A stretch of 64,000 bases of DNA, taken from NCBI GenBank assembly GCA_942491735.1, contig CALOCN010000001.1, forward strand, positions 832,040-896,039, in the 5' to 3' direction. This stretch comes from Candidatus Eiseniibacteriota bacterium (lineage in GTDB: Bacteria > Eisenbacteria > RBG-16-71-46 > JABDJR01). The position numbers were made by a program, and so were the translations under genes. How positions within the stretch are numbered: the stretch's first letter is position 1; the number at the start of each line of letters is the position of its first letter. Shown piece after piece: positions 1 through 10,316 of the stretch. The notes under the pieces are model-generated. The model was not told where the DNA came from. It worked only from the letters and a program-made list of their open reading frames with translations, and did no database searches.

Positions 1-953
1 GACCCGTAGTTGGGGCTGTTGTTGGCCATGAACTGCATGGTCAGGGTCGGCTCGTCGATGGAGATGATGGGAAGCGGCTCCGGATTCTGGGGATCGGCGA
101 GGGTGTCCCCGATGTCCACCGTCTCCAGCCCGACCACCGCGCAGATGTCGCCGCACTCGACCGTCTCCACCTCGGTGCGGCCCAGACCGTCAAAGACATA
201 GAGCTGGCGGATGATGGTGGAGCTGGTGGACCCGTCGCGGTGGAGCTGGGTTACCGGATCCTTCCGGTGCAGGCGACCGCGGAAGACGCGGCCGATGCCG
301 ATCCGGCCCACGTAGTCGCTGTGATCCAGGGCGGTGACCAGCATCTGGAGCGGTCCCTCGACCACGGTGGGGGCGGGGATGCGCTCGATGATGGTTTCCA
401 GGAGCGGGGCGAGGTTCTTGCGTTCGTCCTCGACCTCGCGCACCGCCCATCCGTCCCGGCCGGCCGCGTAGACGGTGGGAAAGTCCAGCTGCTCGTCGTT
501 GGCGCCCAGGTCCACGAAGAGCTCGAACACCTCGTCCAGCACCTCGTGGGGGCGGGCACTCTTGCGGTCCACCTTGTTGATGACCACGATGGGACGCAGG
601 TGGAGCTGGAGGGCCTTCTGCAGCACGAACCGGGTCTGCGGCATGGGGCCTTCGAACGCATCCACCAGAAGGAGCACCCCGTCGGCCATCTTGAGCACGC
701 GCTCCACCTCGCCACCGAAGTCCGAGTGGCCGGGGGTGTCGATGAGGTTGATCCGGGTGCCTTCGAACGTCACGGAGAAATTCTTGGACAGGATCGTGAT
801 CCCACGTTCCCGCTCCAGGTCATTGGAATCCATGACCCGCTCGGCCACCTCCTGCCCCTCGCGGAATACCGCGGACTGCTGGAGGATCTGGTCGACCAGG
901 GTGGTCTTTCCATGGTCGACGTGGGCAATGATGGCGACATTACGAAGGGGCAT
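1..953 (-). CDS. typA: Translational GTPase TypA/BipA. N-terminal ~317 aa; the gene continues beyond the window start.
   Basis: The minus-strand translation starts MPLRNVAIIAHVDHGKTTLVDQ. It contains the G1 motif AHVDHGKTT, the G3 motif DTPGH and the G4 motif NKVD, which together are TypA/BipA signature spacing. The ATG lies at 951-953 on the minus strand. Confidence 0.9.
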   Translation of the reverse strand, partial: MPLRNVAIIAHVDHGKTTLVDQILQQSAVFREGQEVAERVMDSNDLERERGITILSKNFSVTFEGTRINLIDTPGHSDFGGEVERVLKMADGVLLLVDAFEGPMPQTRFVLQKALQLHLRPIVVINKVDRKSARPHEVLDEVFELFVDLGANDEQLDFPTVYAAGRDGWAVREVEDERKNLAPLLETIIERIPAPTVVEGPLQMLVTALDHSDYVGRIGIGRVFRGRLHRKDPVTQLHRDGSTSSTIIRQLYVFDGLGRTEVETVECGDICAVVGLETVDIGDTLADPQNPEPLPIISIDEPTLTMQFMANNSPNYG

Positions 954-1073
954 ACGGGTTCCGGTTCCGATAGGGGATGGCTAGACCTGGGAAGTCCAGG
1001 ACGGCAAGGATGATATAGTGCCTGTCAAGGGTCGGCACCCGTTTCCAGCCGGATACGGCATATCGAGACCGCG

Positions 1074-4000
1074 ATGTTCCAGTTCGGAGTTGCCATGCCG
1101 TGCGCACGGTCGTTGTTGGCCATCCTCCTCCTGCTGCCCACACCGGTCCTGGCCGGGTCGGCGCAGGATCCGGTGATCTCGGCCCACGTGGTGGGGAACA
1201 TGTCAAAGGTGGGCCCTCTCTGCGGCTCGGGCGCGGACGCCATCCCTCCCTGCCCGGAGCACGTGACCTCCGCTCCCCGCCAGGAATCGACCGTCTACCT
1301 GATCGGGACCCGGCTTCCCGAGGGAGGCATTACCGAACTCTCCGTGGGTCTCGGGCTTTCCCCCGGTATCAGGGCGTTCGGTTGGACCCTGTGCGCCGAT
1401 TCGCAAGACCCTCGTTCGGGCTGGCCCGAAGGAGGCGCCAACCGGATCTCCTGGGACGCCTGCCAACCGGATCCGGCCATTGCCGGCGCCCTCTACATCT
1501 ACGCGTACGCGGAAGGCACCCTGGCGATCACCTCGCTGGAGTCCGGCCCGGGGGATGCCCCGGGATCGTTGATCGACTGCGCGGGATCCCGGATCGAAGT
1601 TGCCGCGTCCGCATCGGTGGGGTTCTCCGATTCGCTCCGGTTGAAGGGGTGCAACCCCTGCCGGGACAACTGCGCGAGTCTCTGCGGTGTGTGGCCGCGG
1701 CGGCTGGATGCGGGAATCGTCGCGATGGGCGAATGGACGAGGGTGAGGTTCACGGTCTGGAACAACGGAGTGCATCCGGTCGTCGGCGTAGCGACCGTCG
1801 ATTGTCCCGGCTTCGAGGTCGTGGGTCCCACCCCGGAAGGCGGCCCGGTTGGCGCGTTCTCCTTGGGGGAGGGCGAACAGACCGAAGTCGTGGTGCGTTT
1901 TCAGCCGGTCCTGGCCGGGCTCGACACCTGTGTCGTGGACCTGGGGTTCGCCTGTGGGGGAGTGGTCGTTTCGGGGAGGGGGGAAGGGAGCTGCCGTCTC
2001 TCCGCGACCGCGGTGGACTTCGGCCTGGTCCCGGTGGGGGGGACGGTGGTGGAGACGGTGACCGTGGTCAACCCGTCGCTCGAGGACTTCGCGGGGGAGA
2101 TCGCGAGCCCCTGCCCGGCCTTCCGGATTCTCGAGGGAGGAGGACCGTTCGTCCTGGGGCCCGGGGAGTCCCTTCCCCTGGTCATCGCCTATGCCCCCGA
2201 GGTCCAGGGGACGGACTCCTGCCTGATCTCCATCGAGGAGTGCCCCGTTCTGGAGCTTGCCGGGCAGGCGAAACAGTGCAGTCTCCTTCCATCCTCCACC
2301 CTCGTTCTCAGCCCCACCGTACCGGATTCCATTCGATACGGGACGTTCAAGGTGGTCAACACCGGCGTGGTCGACCTGGTGGGGGACATGCGTATCGAGT
2401 CCTGTTTCCCTGGATTCCGCATCGCGCGGGGGGGCGGTCCCTTCACTCTTGCCGCCGCCGGCACCCTTGAGGTCGACGTGGAGGCGGTGCCGGATACGGT
2501 GGGCCGCCTGGTCTGCACGGTCCAGACCGGGACGTCCTGCGGCCCGGTTTCCGTCGTGGTGCAATCCGACCCTCCCTGCCGGGTCACGCCCACCCAACTG
2601 GACTTCGGGGCGGTGCCGGTGGGGGAGGAGGTCAGCCTGACCGTAAAGGTCGACAAGTCGCGATACCTCGCTGTTCTGGAGGGGGATGCGCAGCTCATCG
2701 GGGATTGTCGGGACTACGAGATCATCTCGGGGGGCGGTCCGTTCGTCGTGGGAGGGGCAAGCCACCAGGTCACCGTGCGGTTCAAGCCAACCGGAGAGGG
2801 AGCTTCCGTCTGCACGCTTTCCCTTGGGGAGCGTTGCGACCCGGTCCGCCTCGCCGGAACGGCGAAGGCCTGTCATCTGGTGGATCGCCAGTTGGAGTTC
2901 GGGTCCGTCCCGGTCTTCGAGTCCGCTATCCGAAGCTTCACCCTGCGCAACCTCGGGGAGGGGCCGCTGGTGGGAACGGTCATCCTGGATCCCGCGTCGG
3001 AATCCCACGAGGCCTTCTCGGTCATCGGGAACCCGGATCTCGCTCTTGCACCGGGTGACTCGACCGAAGTGCGGATCGAGTTCCACCCTCGGGACGTCGG
3101 ATACCATGCCAGCCCCATCAGGCTGGTGCCCGATGTGTGCACCGGACAGCTGACCGCCCGGGGTTTCGGGGTCGGGCCCACCCAGCCGAACGCGAAGATC
3201 GCCCTGCACCTGCAAGCCCGGAAATTGCCGAACCCGGGATGCCGGCCGGTGGGTGTGGGTGGGTCGGTCCACGGCACCCTTCCCTGCGTCGACTACGAAA
3301 CCCGGGGACAGCTGGCCGAGCCCTATGACATCTATCTGGTAGTGGCCCAGGGGCGTCCCGGTTTCGGAATCGGCGGGGCAACGATCGGGATCGAGTACAC
3401 CGCGGGCGTCGAGGTGTTCGACTGGACGTCCTGTGCCAACCAGGATCATCAGGGGGCGGGTTGGCCGGGGTCCGGGTCGGGAAACGAGATTACCTTCCGG
3501 GTACCGGGGGATTGTCAGCGCACGGAGGGGCCCGGAAGTGGGGTGGTGGCGGTGCTGGGGTCCTTCTACACCATTGCCTACGGTTCGGGAACATTCGGGA
3601 TCATTCCCACTCCGGGGCTGGGATCCCTCGCCGTTGCCGATTGCGACCACGAGGTGTCGAATCTGGGGGTTGGGGATACCGGGGTGGTGGGGTTCGGGGA
3701 TGCGTCGGGTCGTTCCCCCTGTGCGGATGATCGATCTCCGGCGCGTTTGCAGTCATTCTCCGCGACGCGTCAGGGTTCCACGGCCGAGATCCGTTGGGCC
3801 GTGAGGGATCCCGACCCGGGTCACCACGGTTTCTTTGTCCATCGGGAAAACCCCCTGGGAGTGCGCGACCTCCTGAGTCCCCAGCCGGTGACCGGGGAGG
3901 GGGACTATGCCTACACCGACCCGACGCCTCCGGCGAGCGGGACCGCGTACTGGCTCCGCGAACTCTCTCCCAGCGGCATTCCGACCTGGCATGGACCGGC

Positions 4001-4307
4001 CATGCTCGGTTCGGCTGAGCCCATCCCCCCCGCGCTCCTGGAGGCTGCCTTCTACCCCAATCCCTTCCGCGGCGACACCCGGTTCCGGATCCAACTGCCG
4101 AGTCCGGGGCGGGTCACGTTGCAGGTCTTCGATGCGGCCGGACGTGAACTGGCGCGCCCGGTGTGGCAAGCGTTCCCCGCCGGCATCCACGAGGTGGCCT
4201 GGGATGGGCGCACGCGGTTGGGTCTTGCCCTGGCGCCGGGAGTCCACTTCTACCGTGTGACTTCCCCGGATGGCGTGCTCAACGGAAAACTGGTCCGCCT
4301 CGACTGA
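1074..4307 (+). CDS. Giant secreted protein with a T9SS C-terminal sorting domain. It also carries repeated GGGPF beta-sandwich (choice-of-anchor-D-like) modules and two copies of a ~140-aa Cys-containing domain.
   Basis: The signal peptide is MPCARSLLAILLLLPTPVLAGSA; an alternative ATG lies at 1095. The motif ...GGGPF... recurs (ILEGGGPFVLG, IARGGGPFTL, IISGGGPFVVG). The C-terminus is FYPNPFRGDTRFRIQLPSPGRVTLQVFDAAGREL...GVHFYRVTSPDGVLNGKLVRLD, typical of Por_Secre_tail / FlgD Ig-like. Confidence 0.8.
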   Translation: MFQFGVAMPCARSLLAILLLLPTPVLAGSAQDPVISAHVVGNMSKVGPLCGSGADAIPPCPEHVTSAPRQESTVYLIGTRLPEGGITELSVGLGLSPGIRAFGWTLCADSQDPRSGWPEGGANRISWDACQPDPAIAGALYIYAYAEGTLAITSLESGPGDAPGSLIDCAGSRIEVAASASVGFSDSLRLKGCNPCRDNCASLCGVWPRRLDAGIVAMGEWTRVRFTVWNNGVHPVVGVATVDCPGFEVVGPTPEGGPVGAFSLGEGEQTEVVVRFQPVLAGLDTCVVDLGFACGGVVVSGRGEGSCRLSATAVDFGLVPVGGTVVETVTVVNPSLEDFAGEIASPCPAFRILEGGGPFVLGPGESLPLVIAYAPEVQGTDSCLISIEECPVLELAGQAKQCSLLPSSTLVLSPTVPDSIRYGTFKVVNTGVVDLVGDMRIESCFPGFRIARGGGPFTLAAAGTLEVDVEAVPDTVGRLVCTVQTGTSCGPVSVVVQSDPPCRVTPTQLDFGAVPVGEEVSLTVKVDKSRYLAVLEGDAQLIGDCRDYEIISGGGPFVVGGASHQVTVRFKPTGEGASVCTLSLGERCDPVRLAGTAKACHLVDRQLEFGSVPVFESAIRSFTLRNLGEGPLVGTVILDPASESHEAFSVIGNPDLALAPGDSTEVRIEFHPRDVGYHASPIRLVPDVCTGQLTARGFGVGPTQPNAKIALHLQARKLPNPGCRPVGVGGSVHGTLPCVDYETRGQLAEPYDIYLVVAQGRPGFGIGGATIGIEYTAGVEVFDWTSCANQDHQGAGWPGSGSGNEITFRVPGDCQRTEGPGSGVVAVLGSFYTIAYGSGTFGIIPTPGLGSLAVADCDHEVSNLGVGDTGVVGFGDASGRSPCADDRSPARLQSFSATRQGSTAEIRWAVRDPDPGHHGFFVHRENPLGVRDLLSPQPVTGEGDYAYTDPTPPASGTAYWLRELSPSGIPTWHGPAMLGSAEPIPPALLEAAFYPNPFRGDTRFRIQLPSPGRVTLQVFDAAGRELARPVWQAFPAGIHEVAWDGRTRLGLALAPGVHFYRVTSPDGVLNGKLVRLD

Positions 4308-4405
4308 CCTGTCACGCTTTTCCCGGGAACCCGTACTCCTCCCGCTTCACGCGGGGGTCGTCTTGGTTTGGCCTCCGCCCTGCTCTTACGCCAGGAGGAG
4401 ATCTC

Positions 4406-5815
4406 ATGTCCAGGACGGTCCGCATCGCCGCGGTCTGCTCACTTCTCGCCTTTGCCGTGGTTGGATGCGGAGAGGATGGGGTCGTTGAGCCGACCGGTTC
4501 CGGGTTCACCGAAGGGCTCCAGGAGTCCCGTCTTTCGCCCCAGGCCCACACCTCGCCCCAACTCTACGAAGTCACCATCACCAACCTGACCTACGGTCAG
4601 CCGTTCTCGCCGCCGGTTGCGGCAACCCACCGGGGGGCCATTCAGATGATGCCCCAACGTGGCACGGCCAGTCCCGGCCTGGAAGCGATCGCCGAGGACG
4701 GCAACAACGCCCTCATGCTGTCCACCTTCCAGGGTTCGGCCCATGTCACCGAGGCCCTCGACGTCGCGGCGCCGGTGCACTACAAGGACTCCCCCCACGG
4801 CGCGAACAGCGTGACCTTCATGATCGAGGGGCGTCCCGGGGATCGCTTCTCCTTCGCGGCCATGCTCATCGCGACCAACGACGGTTTTACCGGGGTGCGT
4901 GGGCACATGCTCCCCAGGGACGTCGTCACCTTCGACACCTACGCCTATGACGCGGGGACCGAGGACAACACGGAAGCCAGCAGCGACATCGTCGATGCAG
5001 CCACCGCGATCGGGCCGGTCGCCCTGGCCGGGGACCCCAACGGAAACGAGAACGACGCGGTGGACACGACACCCCACAGCCGCATCAGTCGTCATCCCGG
5101 CATCCAGGGAAGCGGGGACCTGGGCGACGCGCACGACTGGAGTGGCGCGGTGGCCCGGGTGACCCTCCGCAAGGTGGCTGGCCCCATGACCTACCGGGTG
5201 ACGCTCCGCAATCTGTCCGCGTATCAGCCCATCTCCCCCCCGGTGGTCGTCACCCATGCCCAGGGCATGCACCTGTTCCGCACGGGTCACACCGCCTCGC
5301 CCGGGATCGAGGCGATTGCCGAGGATGGCAACGGCGCCCCCCTGATCAGCGCGCTCGACGGCGCCTCCGGGGTGACCGAGGTCGTCGATGTCGGCATGCC
5401 GTTGACCCGCGCCGGGACCTCGGTGGGTGGCTTCATGGACACGGCCGAGATCATGATCACCGCAATGCCCGGGGATCGCCTGTCCCTGGCCGGCATGTTG
5501 ATCTGCACCAACGACGGGTTCGTCGGGGTGGATTCGGCTCCGCTCCCGGTCCACTCGCGGACGCTACGGCTCACCGGGTTGGACGCCGGCACGGAAGAGA
5601 ACACCGAGGCCAGCGCCGACATTGTCGACGCGTGCGGTGCGTTGGGTGCGGTGGCTCTCCCCGCGGACGGCAACGAGAACGCGGCGGTGGATACCCAGCC
5701 GCGGCAACGGATCCGGCGTCATCGGGGTATTCACGGCGCGGGTGATCTCTCGCAGGGACAACACGGATGGAAAGGCACGATCCTGGAAGTGACGGTGGAG
5801 CGGGTGCCGGAGTAG
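4406..5815 (+). CDS. Lipoprotein with two tandem spondin_N-like domains.
   Basis: An RBS (aggagg) precedes the ATG at 4406. The lipobox is LLAFAVVGC. Two repeats follow the spondin_N pattern: YEVTITNLTYGQPFSPPVAATH...ASPGLEAIAEDGN...IATNDGFTGV and YRVTLRNLSAYQPISPPVVVTH...ASPGIEAIAEDGN...ICTNDGFVGV. Confidence 0.7.
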   Translation: MSRTVRIAAVCSLLAFAVVGCGEDGVVEPTGSGFTEGLQESRLSPQAHTSPQLYEVTITNLTYGQPFSPPVAATHRGAIQMMPQRGTASPGLEAIAEDGNNALMLSTFQGSAHVTEALDVAAPVHYKDSPHGANSVTFMIEGRPGDRFSFAAMLIATNDGFTGVRGHMLPRDVVTFDTYAYDAGTEDNTEASSDIVDAATAIGPVALAGDPNGNENDAVDTTPHSRISRHPGIQGSGDLGDAHDWSGAVARVTLRKVAGPMTYRVTLRNLSAYQPISPPVVVTHAQGMHLFRTGHTASPGIEAIAEDGNGAPLISALDGASGVTEVVDVGMPLTRAGTSVGGFMDTAEIMITAMPGDRLSLAGMLICTNDGFVGVDSAPLPVHSRTLRLTGLDAGTEENTEASADIVDACGALGAVALPADGNENAAVDTQPRQRIRRHRGIHGAGDLSQGQHGWKGTILEVTVERVPE

Positions 5816-6010
5816 ATCCCCCTCGCCACATCGAGTAGCCCCATGGGCCGGGGTGACCGGAAACCCGACGGAACCTGTCGACAATCCGGCGCCTCGGCCC
5901 GTTTGTTTGATGTGTGGCGGCCTGTAGCTCCACCGGCGAAACCTGCTACAGTGCCTTTTCGTACGCCGGGACGTACCCCCTCGCCTCCGCAACGATACTG
6001 GGAGGTTTCC

Positions 6011-7282
6011 GTGTCTGATCCGCATTTCCCCCCACACCCTGTTTGCGCGTTCCTTCTGCTTCCATTGATCGGTCTCCTGTCCCCGCTCGCGTTCGCCGAG
6101 GAGTGGAAGGGGACAACCCGCACCGTCGACGGCGTGGAGCAGGTCATGAATCCGGCAGATCCGCTCGAGGAACCGGTCACCCTGGTGCTGGAAGAGTCCT
6201 GGCGTCTGGGCGGCGACAGCGATTCCGATGACGAGTTCTTCGGGGTCATCACCCAGGTGGCTTCGGATGCTGACGGCAACGTCTATCTCCTGGACCAGCA
6301 ACTCAACGAGGTCAAGGTGTTCTCGTCGGAGGGCGACTTCCTGCGTACCTTGGGGCGTGAAGGGGAAGGTCCGGGAGAGTTCCGTCAGCCCCAGGACATG
6401 TTCTTCCTCGACGACGGGACCCTGGTCGTTCTGCAACTCGCCCCGGGTCGCCTGGTGCTCCTGAACCCGGACGGGGAACCGGCTGGAGAGATTCCCATTC
6501 CCACGATCGACGGCGGCACTCCGGCCCTGGTCGGCGGCCAGGGAATGGGCGACGGCGTGATGCTGGTGGTGAGCGCCAACACCCAGCACGAGGGTCGGGT
6601 GGACATCGAGCGCTCCATGGTCCTGGTCGACGGCGAGGGAAACGTGCGCGAGACCATGCTCTCGGAAGTGCGGGAGCTCGAGTTCGTGAACTTCACCTTC
6701 CACGAAACGGCCTGGCGCAGTTTCGACAATCGTTGGCGAGTGGGAAGCGACGGCAATCTCTACGCCGCGCCGGAGTTCGACGCCTACCGGATCGCGGTCT
6801 GGAACCCGGATGGGAGTGCGAAACGGGTCATCTCGCGGGAGTTCACGCCCCGTCAGCGCACCGCGGAGCAGAAGCAGGAGATGTACGACGTCCTGGATGC
6901 GTTGCTCCAGAATCAGCTTCCCACCTACAAGATCGATGTCAGCGGGACCGATCCCGACATCAACCAGGTCTACCCCCGCGACGACGGAACCCTGTGGGTC
7001 CTCAACAGCCGTGGAGCGCACGACGCACCCGATGGAGCACTGGGCACGTTCGATGTGTTCGACCCGGACGGGCGATTCGTGCGCCAGGTCACCCTCATGG
7101 GAGAAGGGGAGGCGTTCGTGGACGGCTACTTCTTCGACAAGGATCGGGTCTTCGTGGTGACCGATCTCCTGGAGGCGAACATGGCCTCGCGCGGGGGACG
7201 CAAGGGTGGGGAGGTCGAGGATGAACCGGAGCCCATCTCGGTCATCTGCTACCGGCTGGAGCTGGGCACAATGGGGTCGTAG
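6011..7282 (+). CDS. Secreted beta-propeller protein, NHL / 6-bladed type.
   Basis: GGAGG precedes a GTG at 6011. A signal-like segment FLLLPLIGLLSPLAFA is followed by repeated ...DGNVYLLD..., ...DGTLVVL..., ...DGNLYAA..., ...DGTLWVLN... blades. Confidence 0.55.
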   Translation: MSDPHFPPHPVCAFLLLPLIGLLSPLAFAEEWKGTTRTVDGVEQVMNPADPLEEPVTLVLEESWRLGGDSDSDDEFFGVITQVASDADGNVYLLDQQLNEVKVFSSEGDFLRTLGREGEGPGEFRQPQDMFFLDDGTLVVLQLAPGRLVLLNPDGEPAGEIPIPTIDGGTPALVGGQGMGDGVMLVVSANTQHEGRVDIERSMVLVDGEGNVRETMLSEVRELEFVNFTFHETAWRSFDNRWRVGSDGNLYAAPEFDAYRIAVWNPDGSAKRVISREFTPRQRTAEQKQEMYDVLDALLQNQLPTYKIDVSGTDPDINQVYPRDDGTLWVLNSRGAHDAPDGALGTFDVFDPDGRFVRQVTLMGEGEAFVDGYFFDKDRVFVVTDLLEANMASRGGRKGGEVEDEPEPISVICYRLELGTMGS

Positions 7283-7288
7283 AACGGC

Positions 7289-9052
7289 CTAGGGCAAACG
7301 CACGACGCGTTGGGTGCGGCGATGCTGCCCCGCCTGCAGACTCAGCAGATAGACGCCGGAGGCCACCGCGCTTCCGGCGTCGTTCGTTCCGTCCCAACGC
7401 ACTTCGTACGAACCGGCCGGCCGCTCGCCGTCCTCGATGAGCCGGACCCGCCGCCCGCGCAGGTCATAGACCGCGAGTTGGACCCGACCCGGCTCCTGGA
7501 CCTGGAACGCGATGGTGGTGGAGCTGCGGAACGGATTGGGGAACCGGGCCAGCTGGAGCTGCGGTGAGTCCGGGGTGTGGGGAGCGGCCAACTGCCCGTC
7601 AATCCGGAAGTCCGCAACAATCGCCGCGTGATCGCTGGCGATTTCGGTGTCTCCGGCGAGGAGCCCGGTTGCCGCGAGAGTGCTGGGGAGCATGGTTCGG
7701 GTCTCCACCACGAAGTGCGCGCCCAGGGTCATGACGCTTCCCGAGTAGACCACCCAATCCAGTTTCCCCGGCGAGAAGGAGCTGCCGTCGTTGCGCCAGG
7801 TGTAGGCGAAGCGGGCGTCGGGGTGCCGTGGGTTGGCGTCCTCGAGGTCGGACCCGTCCCAGTCCGGCGGGGAGTCCGGGCCCCAGGTTCCGTTGTCGGC
7901 AATGTCCCCGGTGAGCAGGGTGACCAGCTGATCCCGCCACCCCACGAGGTTGAAGTCCCCACAGACCACGAGGGGGGTGTTGACCGGAAGATCCAGAACC
8001 CCGCCCGGGGTGCGTGCATCGTCCAGGAAAGCGATCAGGGCATCCGCCTGCCGCTGGCGGTTGGCGTCCGCGGTGCAGCAGCTCCAATGATTGGCCACCA
8101 CAAGCAGGTCGGTCACATAGGAGGGACCGGGGTCCACCAGGGCAGCGGAGAGCCGGTCGCCCGGGTTGATCTCCCAGGAGTCGAGAATAGGAAAGCGGCT
8201 CACGATCACGTTGCCCGCGTCCCGCTTGACCGCGTGCCAGGCCTCGCCGGGGCCGCTGGGGAGCAGCGTTTCCATCTGATTCGCGACCGCCGAGGCACTA
8301 CTGTTCCAGGCCTCGCAGATGACCCAGACGTCCGGATCAACGGCGTCGGCGATACGATTCTGCGCCGCCTCCCGCGAACCCCCGTCAAAGAGACCGTCGT
8401 TCTCCACATTGTAGGATGCGATCCGCAGGTGGGATGGGTCGTTCCGGGCCAGGGAGAGGGAAGGAATGGGTTGGGGAGCTTCGTCGAACGTGTAGGTCGC
8501 AAGGGAAATGACATCTCCGCTCCCCCCATCGCGCAACACGAGCCGGATCGTGGTCTGGGGAAAGAGGGCCGCTCCCGCGGCCGGGGTGGCGGAACGATCC
8601 AGGGACATCTCGAATCGGGTGTCGCTCACCGTGGGGCCGATGACGAAACCAATGTCGTCGTGGCGAATGGTGTATCCGTTTCCGGCGGCGGTGAACGTCC
8701 CCTCCCGTTGCCCGAACTCCCACACCAAATCCGCCCCGATCCCGGACATGGACTGGCCGGTGCCGGCGTTCATGTCCGTATCGATGCCCAGCTCGATGCC
8801 CTGCCCCTCGTCACCCTGGACCTCGGCCGTGGTGTCGAAGAACAGATACAGCCAGTCCGGGTCGTTGGCCACGACCAGCTGGGTGAAATCGATTCCGCTG
8901 GGGCCATGGTCCCCGCTGGCGTCGATCACGCTGACCGGAATGCCGGCCCATTCGTCGAAGTCACCATCGATACGAACAGGCAGGGAGCCCGCGAACACGG
9001 TCGCGGGAATCAGGGCGAGGAGGGTGACCAGGGTGAGGAGCTGATGATGCAT
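7289..9052 (-). CDS. Secreted endonuclease/exonuclease/phosphatase (EEP)-family protein with a T9SS C-terminal sorting domain.
   Basis: The true start is MHHQLLTLVTLLALIPATVFAGS, a signal peptide, at 9052. The track ORF 7289..10258 is over-extended upstream. The EEP core includes VWVICEAWN...VCGDFN...SDHAAIVADF. The C-terminus is ARFPNPFRSSTTIAFQV...GVYLLSLQAGQHRRTQRVVRLP. Confidence 0.75.
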   Translation of the reverse strand: MHHQLLTLVTLLALIPATVFAGSLPVRIDGDFDEWAGIPVSVIDASGDHGPSGIDFTQLVVANDPDWLYLFFDTTAEVQGDEGQGIELGIDTDMNAGTGQSMSGIGADLVWEFGQREGTFTAAGNGYTIRHDDIGFVIGPTVSDTRFEMSLDRSATPAAGAALFPQTTIRLVLRDGGSGDVISLATYTFDEAPQPIPSLSLARNDPSHLRIASYNVENDGLFDGGSREAAQNRIADAVDPDVWVICEAWNSSASAVANQMETLLPSGPGEAWHAVKRDAGNVIVSRFPILDSWEINPGDRLSAALVDPGPSYVTDLLVVANHWSCCTADANRQRQADALIAFLDDARTPGGVLDLPVNTPLVVCGDFNLVGWRDQLVTLLTGDIADNGTWGPDSPPDWDGSDLEDANPRHPDARFAYTWRNDGSSFSPGKLDWVVYSGSVMTLGAHFVVETRTMLPSTLAATGLLAGDTEIASDHAAIVADFRIDGQLAAPHTPDSPQLQLARFPNPFRSSTTIAFQVQEPGRVQLAVYDLRGRRVRLIEDGERPAGSYEVRWDGTNDAGSAVASGVYLLSLQAGQHRRTQRVVRLP

Positions 9053-9253
9053 CGAGAAAGTATAGGGCAGACAAGTCTGCCTTGAGCGAACAATGCCGAG
9101 TGGACCCACCCAGGGGATGGGCTCCGTTCGTTTCCCGGGTTTCTTTCCGTGCCGTTGCACACTCTCGGCGAAGAATCCGCATGTCCCAGTGACCCGCAAG
9201 CCGGCGCGGGCCGACCCGAGGCCGGCTGGACCCTTCCCAGAGAGGCCACTGCC

Positions 9254-10228
9254 ATGCGACACATCACCGTAATCCTCCTTCTTGTATGCGCTTGGGCGTT
9301 CCCTGCGAGTTCCCTGGCCGGAACCGGGGACCTGAGCCTGGACGCCCCTTTTGACAACCTGGCCTTGGGCCCGGTCGGTACGGGGGGGGCCGCCGCGGGC
9401 CAGCCCATCGTGGTCTCGGCCATGACCGCCAACGTGATCGACACCGGATCGTCCTACGCCCTGGAGGCGATTCACACCGCGCTCCTCGTCCCGGGAGGCG
9501 TCTGGTTCGAGTTCATTGGCGACGAGGAGATCACCTCGGGCACCGTCTGCATCTCCTATACCGTCACGTTCCAGGCGCTGGGGATCTACATCTTCACCAT
9601 CTACGAACAGGGGAGTGTGGGAAGCCAGTTCTCCAAGATGACCCTCAATGCGGGTGGACAGATCTCCTTCTTCGATCAGAACAACCTGGTAGGCGCGATC
9701 GCTACCTCGAGCTATCAGGTCGGCGTTCCGCTGGAGGTTCTCTACGAGTACGACCTGGATGCCGGGACCTACGACGTGAGCCTGGGCGGATCGCTTCTGT
9801 TGGACGACGAGGACCACGGCATCACGACCCGGGGAATCGGTCGACTCATGTTCACCAACAACGCGTTCAGTGCCGGTCACTTCGTCCTGGATGACGTCAA
9901 GGTGCAGAAGGGCGGGGCGGCGCTTGCTGCGGGTCCCGGGGTGGTCCCGGGGTTGGGAATGCTGCATGCCCCGCAGCCCAACCCCATGCGGAGCGGCACC
10001 CGGGTGCGGTTCGACCTGGAGCAGGCGGGAGCGGTGCAGGTGTCCGTGTTCGACGCCACCGGGCGGCGGGTCCGTACGTTGATCAACGGGGCGCTGGGGG
10101 TGGGCACCCACGACATCCGATGGGACGGCGCCGATGACCGGGGGATCACGGTTCCGGCCGGGCTCTATTTTGTGCGGCTCCACTCGGGTGGGCAGGCCGT
10201 TGCGCGCAAGGTCATTCGGGTGGACTGA
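9254..10228 (+). CDS. Secreted protein of unknown function with a T9SS C-terminal sorting domain.
   Basis: Start MRHITVILLLVCAWAFPASSLAG, a signal peptide. The C-terminus is QPNPMRSGTRVRFDLEQAGAVQVSVFDATGRRVRTL...GLYFVRLHSGGQAVARKVIRVD. The upstream part of track ORF 9149.. is 5' leader. Confidence 0.7.
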   Translation: MRHITVILLLVCAWAFPASSLAGTGDLSLDAPFDNLALGPVGTGGAAAGQPIVVSAMTANVIDTGSSYALEAIHTALLVPGGVWFEFIGDEEITSGTVCISYTVTFQALGIYIFTIYEQGSVGSQFSKMTLNAGGQISFFDQNNLVGAIATSSYQVGVPLEVLYEYDLDAGTYDVSLGGSLLLDDEDHGITTRGIGRLMFTNNAFSAGHFVLDDVKVQKGGAALAAGPGVVPGLGMLHAPQPNPMRSGTRVRFDLEQAGAVQVSVFDATGRRVRTLINGALGVGTHDIRWDGADDRGITVPAGLYFVRLHSGGQAVARKVIRVD

Positions 10229-10316
10229 TGACCCTCGGGCTTGAGCTTCGTCGATCATTGAACTAGCCTCTCGTTTGAACGTTCATGCGAGAGCCAGTGA
10301 TTCTTCGGAGGTCTTC

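Noticed and set aside
1203-3650. An 815-aa minus-strand ORF antisense to the giant T9SS protein. There are many similar long antisense ORFs, for example 5564..7021, 10263..11564, 14169..15617, 30228..31211, 43208..46396, 53472..57221 and 56956..60318.
   Set aside because: At about two-thirds GC, stop codons are rare in non-coding frames. The translations are Arg/Pro/Gly-rich low-complexity sequence with no motifs, while the sense strand carries clear domain signatures.
7289-10258. The 989-aa minus-strand ORF as one gene.
   Set aside because: The upstream 400 aa are antisense to a real plus-strand T9SS gene (9254..10228). A clean signal peptide (MHHQLLTLVTLLALIPATVFAGS) at 9052 marks the true start.
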